Below, one piece after another: positions 60,181-64,000 of a stretch of 64,000 bases of DNA. Under the pieces are notes generated by a model. That model saw only the letters and a list, made by a program, of their open reading frames with translations. It made no database searches and was not told the DNA's origin. Source of the DNA: Podarcis cretensis (taxonomy: Eukaryota). The number at the start of each line of letters is the position of its first letter. Positions within the stretch are counted from its first letter, which is position 1. Location of the stretch: NCBI GenBank assembly GCA_951804945.1, contig OX638155.1, positions 70,246,001 through 70,310,000 on the forward strand, read 5' to 3'. A program made the position numbers and the translations under genes.

Positions 60181-60407
60181 CTGGAGAGTTAACAGTGTCT
60201 CTTATAATACACAAGAGGTTTGACTCTGAAATTAAGCTGTTAATCCCAGCTTTTCCCCATGAACATTCTCTAATCAATAATAGTAATGCAATAATGCCAT
60301 TTGTAGAAGGGAAGGCATGTTCAATAGACCAACAGGGATTCTGCCCTTTTGTGTAGAAATAAGGGCTTTGCTGGCAGAATCAGAGAACAGAGGTATAAAA
60401 CATTAGG
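60181..60407 (+). repeat. 227-bp direct repeat, copy 2
   Basis: See copy 1. Confidence 0.93.
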
Positions 60408-62654
60408 CGTCTGCATTTCAGTCTTCTCACATGCTTAGAAACTAATCCTCAGTATCTAGAAGCATCAAGCCTCAGGCTGTTTAAAGATATATGGGGGGGG
60501 AGAGGAGGAGGGACAGTGGCACTTTTGTACTTTAGGCTACATTCCAGCTACACAGGTACTTCAGGATTCCACAGACACACACACATACCCCATCCTCCAG
60601 CCGGGCAACAGCAATCAAGGAGGATGCAGAGCAGGGCTGATGAAAACTTTAACTTGGAGAGGAGGCATAGCCTAGGGAGAGTCCCAAGGGCCAGTGCGAA
60701 AGGTCTGTGGGGCTGTGTCATTCCCAGATTCAACATACTAAGCAACAGCACAGCACAACAACAATGGGGAGGAGCAAAGTTCTCTGATCTTTGCCCTGGG
60801 AGCCTGTGCAATTGTGCCAAGCCATGGTTTGGCTTAGCATGACATATGAAGCAGGCCACTCACAGAAGTTGCTAGTCAACAAAAGAGAACTAATGTACCG
60901 TATATTAAAAATCAGCACACTTCTGGGTGCAGACTGTTTATAACGGGGTGGGGGGGGGAACCTCAGGTCCAGGAGCTAAATGCAGCCCTCCAAGCATTTC
61001 TATCTGACACTTGGGGCTAAGCCCAGCTCATGCCACCTCCCCAGACTATACCAGCCCTACTCTATGCCTACCTTGATACCTTTTGCCTGGCTGGTTTTTG
61101 TGTGGTTGGAATGTAGCTGAGCTCAAAGAAGTAAAAGTCATCCATAACCACATCCATGTTTTGTCTCTAGCCCACCAATTACATGCTTCCCTCAGAAGGT
61201 CACCATATAGTAGCCCTCACAATGCAAAATGCTCCCCATCCCTGGTTTATATTATTGCTTTATTTGTCATCTAATATCTTGCTTTATATCTTAAAATATT
61301 TTTAGACTTGGCAGTTTTTTGTTTTTAATGCATGTATTGTCTTTTCGGCATTCCTCTTTCAAGAAGGAAAGTGGATATTTTTATCCCAATCTGTATTGGA
61401 TATGTAATTGTTCTTATATGTGCAAGTGTTTTATATATGTCTTTATTGTATTGTGAAATAGCTTTGAGATGTTTCACAGGAAGTGGCTTAATAATAACAA
61501 CAACAATAATGATGCAGAGCCCTTTAATTACAGGCTTGACCAGAGTGACATGCAATCCAGCCATGCAAAAGCAGCTCCCTCACCACTCTTGTAACACATG
61601 AATCATCTCTAACAAAGGAATCTATATGCAAGGTCACTGAGAAGTAAATCCAAGTGTGTTCAATGAAGCTACCTACCAGAAAAGTGTATGCAAGATTGAA
61701 GCCCCAACCTAGGACACAAAACTGAATCTGAACATTACACAGGACTCAGTAGATTAAAAAATAAAATAAAAGGTACAATCAACAAAAAATCATTTAAAAT
61801 GAAAAGTCACTCAAATAAATCCATAGCATTGTGAATCAAGGAAAGGGGTGGTGAACATAAACCTATTGTATTGTACTGATTAAATAATCAGGTAACTGGT
61901 TCCATGGTCAATCAATTCTATTTCTCAAGGAGTTCCTCTTACTGTTTAACCAAAATCTAGCCTCCTATAATTTTAGTATTTTCTTGAAGATGTGTAGTCT
62001 TCTCTTGGAAAATGTTCCAACACATGGTTTGGAATCTATAGGTTTCCAAGTTCATAAATGCTGTAGTGGGGCAGAGAAGGACATTCAAAATAGCTACAAT
62101 GTTGTCCAGAAAACTGGCAACATCTCAAATTAAAAGAATTTTATGCTCCATACTTTTGGTCTAGGATTGGACTGACAAGAACAAGATGATAAGCGCAAAG
62201 CAAGAAAAGCAAACCATGCTTCTGCAATGTTTCTTTCTAAATAGGACCACAATCCAAATTTGATTCAAAGCCAATACTGGAGAACATGCAATTACTGTCA
62301 TTTGAACTACTGAAGAACTGAATTTTTTTTTTAGTTATTCAGTCAATCAATAGATATTTAGTAATTACTATCCAACATATGCAGAAGTGAAAAAACATAC
62401 TCATCTGTTATTCTCCATGGAAAACCAATTACTTCCCTACTACCAGCTCATTTTCCATGCTATTTTATTTACAACATCACTATACTTTTTCTCACCAGCC
62501 ACCTGTTCCTAGCTACACACAATCTTCTTGCTAACATGATAATGCAGCACTTCAGGTCACAGAATAAGTATATACTTTTAATGCAAAAAGTGCTTGGCTT
62601 AATGACTTCATGGATACTAATGCCATATATACGATAAACACGAACGCTTAAATT

Positions 62655-62987
62655 GGTCTAAACCACAGAGCCTAGGGCTTGCCGATCAGAAGGTTGGCGG
62701 TTTGAATCCCCGCAACGGGGTGAGCTCCTGTTGTTCAGTCCCTGCTCCTGCCAACCTAGCAGTTCAAAAGCATGTCAAAGTGCAAGTAAATAGGTACCAC
62801 CCCGGCGGGAAGGTAAACGGCGTTTCTGTGCGCGGCTTTGGTTTGCCTGAAGCGGCTTAGTCATGCTGGCCACATGACCAAGAAGCTGTCTGTGGACAAA
62901 CGCCGGCTCCCTCGGCTAGTAAAGCGAGATGAGCACCGCAACCCCAGAGTCCGCGACTGGACTTGGGGTCCCTTTACATTTACCTTT
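62655..62987 (+). mobile_element. Sauria SINE, slightly 5'-truncated
   Basis: AAACCACAGAGCCTAGGGCTTGCCGATCAG...GGGGTCCCTTTACATTTACCTTT. Confidence 0.9.
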
Positions 62988-64000
62988 AAGCTGAAGTTAT
63001 TGTTTTGCTAAGGATTAAAATGATCTAAAAATCAGCAGAGGACGTGGTATTTGTCATTGTATCTAATTTGTGCTGATTGGCATACTGTTGTGTAAATTTT
63101 GTGTAGGAAGGTTTGTATGATTTAAGATAAGGCAAGTTCAGGGGGGAGTGAAAGAGGGATGGAATGTTTGTGTGTGTTGTGTGCTGAATGACAGGGTAGC
63201 TTATGACAGAATAGGTATGTGTCTGGGGAGTGACAGTTGGGTTTTGGAGGAAGTGAGAGTAGCTGGTGTGGGTGCTGAGGAGTAAGGGGTAGAGTAGGTT
63301 GGATAGGATACAGTTAGGAATAGAGGTATAAGCACATGTTAAAACATAAAATAAATGAACACCGTTATTAAAGCAAATCCCATAAAAACCCTTTATATTC
63401 AGCTTTTACTATACTAATGGAGTTTTGTGTGTTCCAATCACATTTCATATTTGGCCAAGTTATCACAGCTATAACAAAATAAGTCAGAGATAGGTGTTTA
63501 TATGATAGCAGCAGAATAACAGCAGTTAGGAGATTGCTTGAAGTTTGAGAACCCAGAGCTGGGAACCGAACAAGGCAACCGAAGGCGGGGAGAGTGGTGA
63601 GAGGAGCTTTACCAAGCAAAACAGTGATTAGAATGAAAAGTACCCTCTTGCTCCTCCCAAGTAGTGGGCTTGGAAAGGGAAGAATATGACAAAGGGTACA
63701 CTTGTTCTGGCTTAATGATGACAATCAAATGTGTTTCCTTGAATATTAAAACATTTGCAGCTTAGGAAAAAGTATTCTAGCATCAAGCAGCAACAACAAA
63801 CTGGTTTATGCTCTCTTATACTGAATTTCTACTGGCCACCAATATTTGGGGTATTAAAACTGCCAATGCCAGGATGTGTAACTACAAGGTTAACTTCTTT
63901 ATTTTATAAAAACTTTCACAATTTACACTCAAGAAACTGCTAGGTTTCTTTTCAAAGTGTATTAAAATATTTCTATTTTATTTTAAAGGGACTAAAGTCA

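Noticed and set aside
1-64000. Prokaryotic-type systems (CRISPR arrays, operons, defence islands)
   Set aside because: This is intron-rich vertebrate DNA with no repeat-spacer array. The 4.4-kb tandem units lie within a MITE and have no unique spacers.

Overview
This is vertebrate (squamate) genomic DNA, most likely from a lacertid lizard judging by the Sauria/POM-type SINE sequences. It carries the conserved gene block FBXO43/EMI2 (minus strand, 3' part runs off the left edge), POLR2K (plus, complete, 58 aa, one U12-type intron), SPAG1 (plus, complete, 18 coding exons, 965 aa) and RNF19A (minus, 8 coding exons, 5' part runs off the right edge). All exon boundaries were read by hand and checked for phase. 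Introns contain Sauria SINEs, other tRNA-derived SINEs, Tc1/mariner and hAT MITEs, and L2/CR1/L1/RTE fragments. I see no new multi-gene system. The most unusual items are: (1) a composite RTE-LINE/SINE-tail insertion whose 14-bp target-site duplication (TSD) copies an RNF19A splice acceptor, leaving two identical acceptors 245 nt apart; (2) a tandem Sauria SINE pair flanked by a 227-bp near-perfect direct repeat; (3) an internal MGNAQKK start/myristoylation-like motif in SPAG1; (4) a degenerate second phosphodegron in EMI2; (5) a candidate solo LTR upstream of FBXO43. Family names and comparisons with human or Xenopus proteins come from recall, not database searches.
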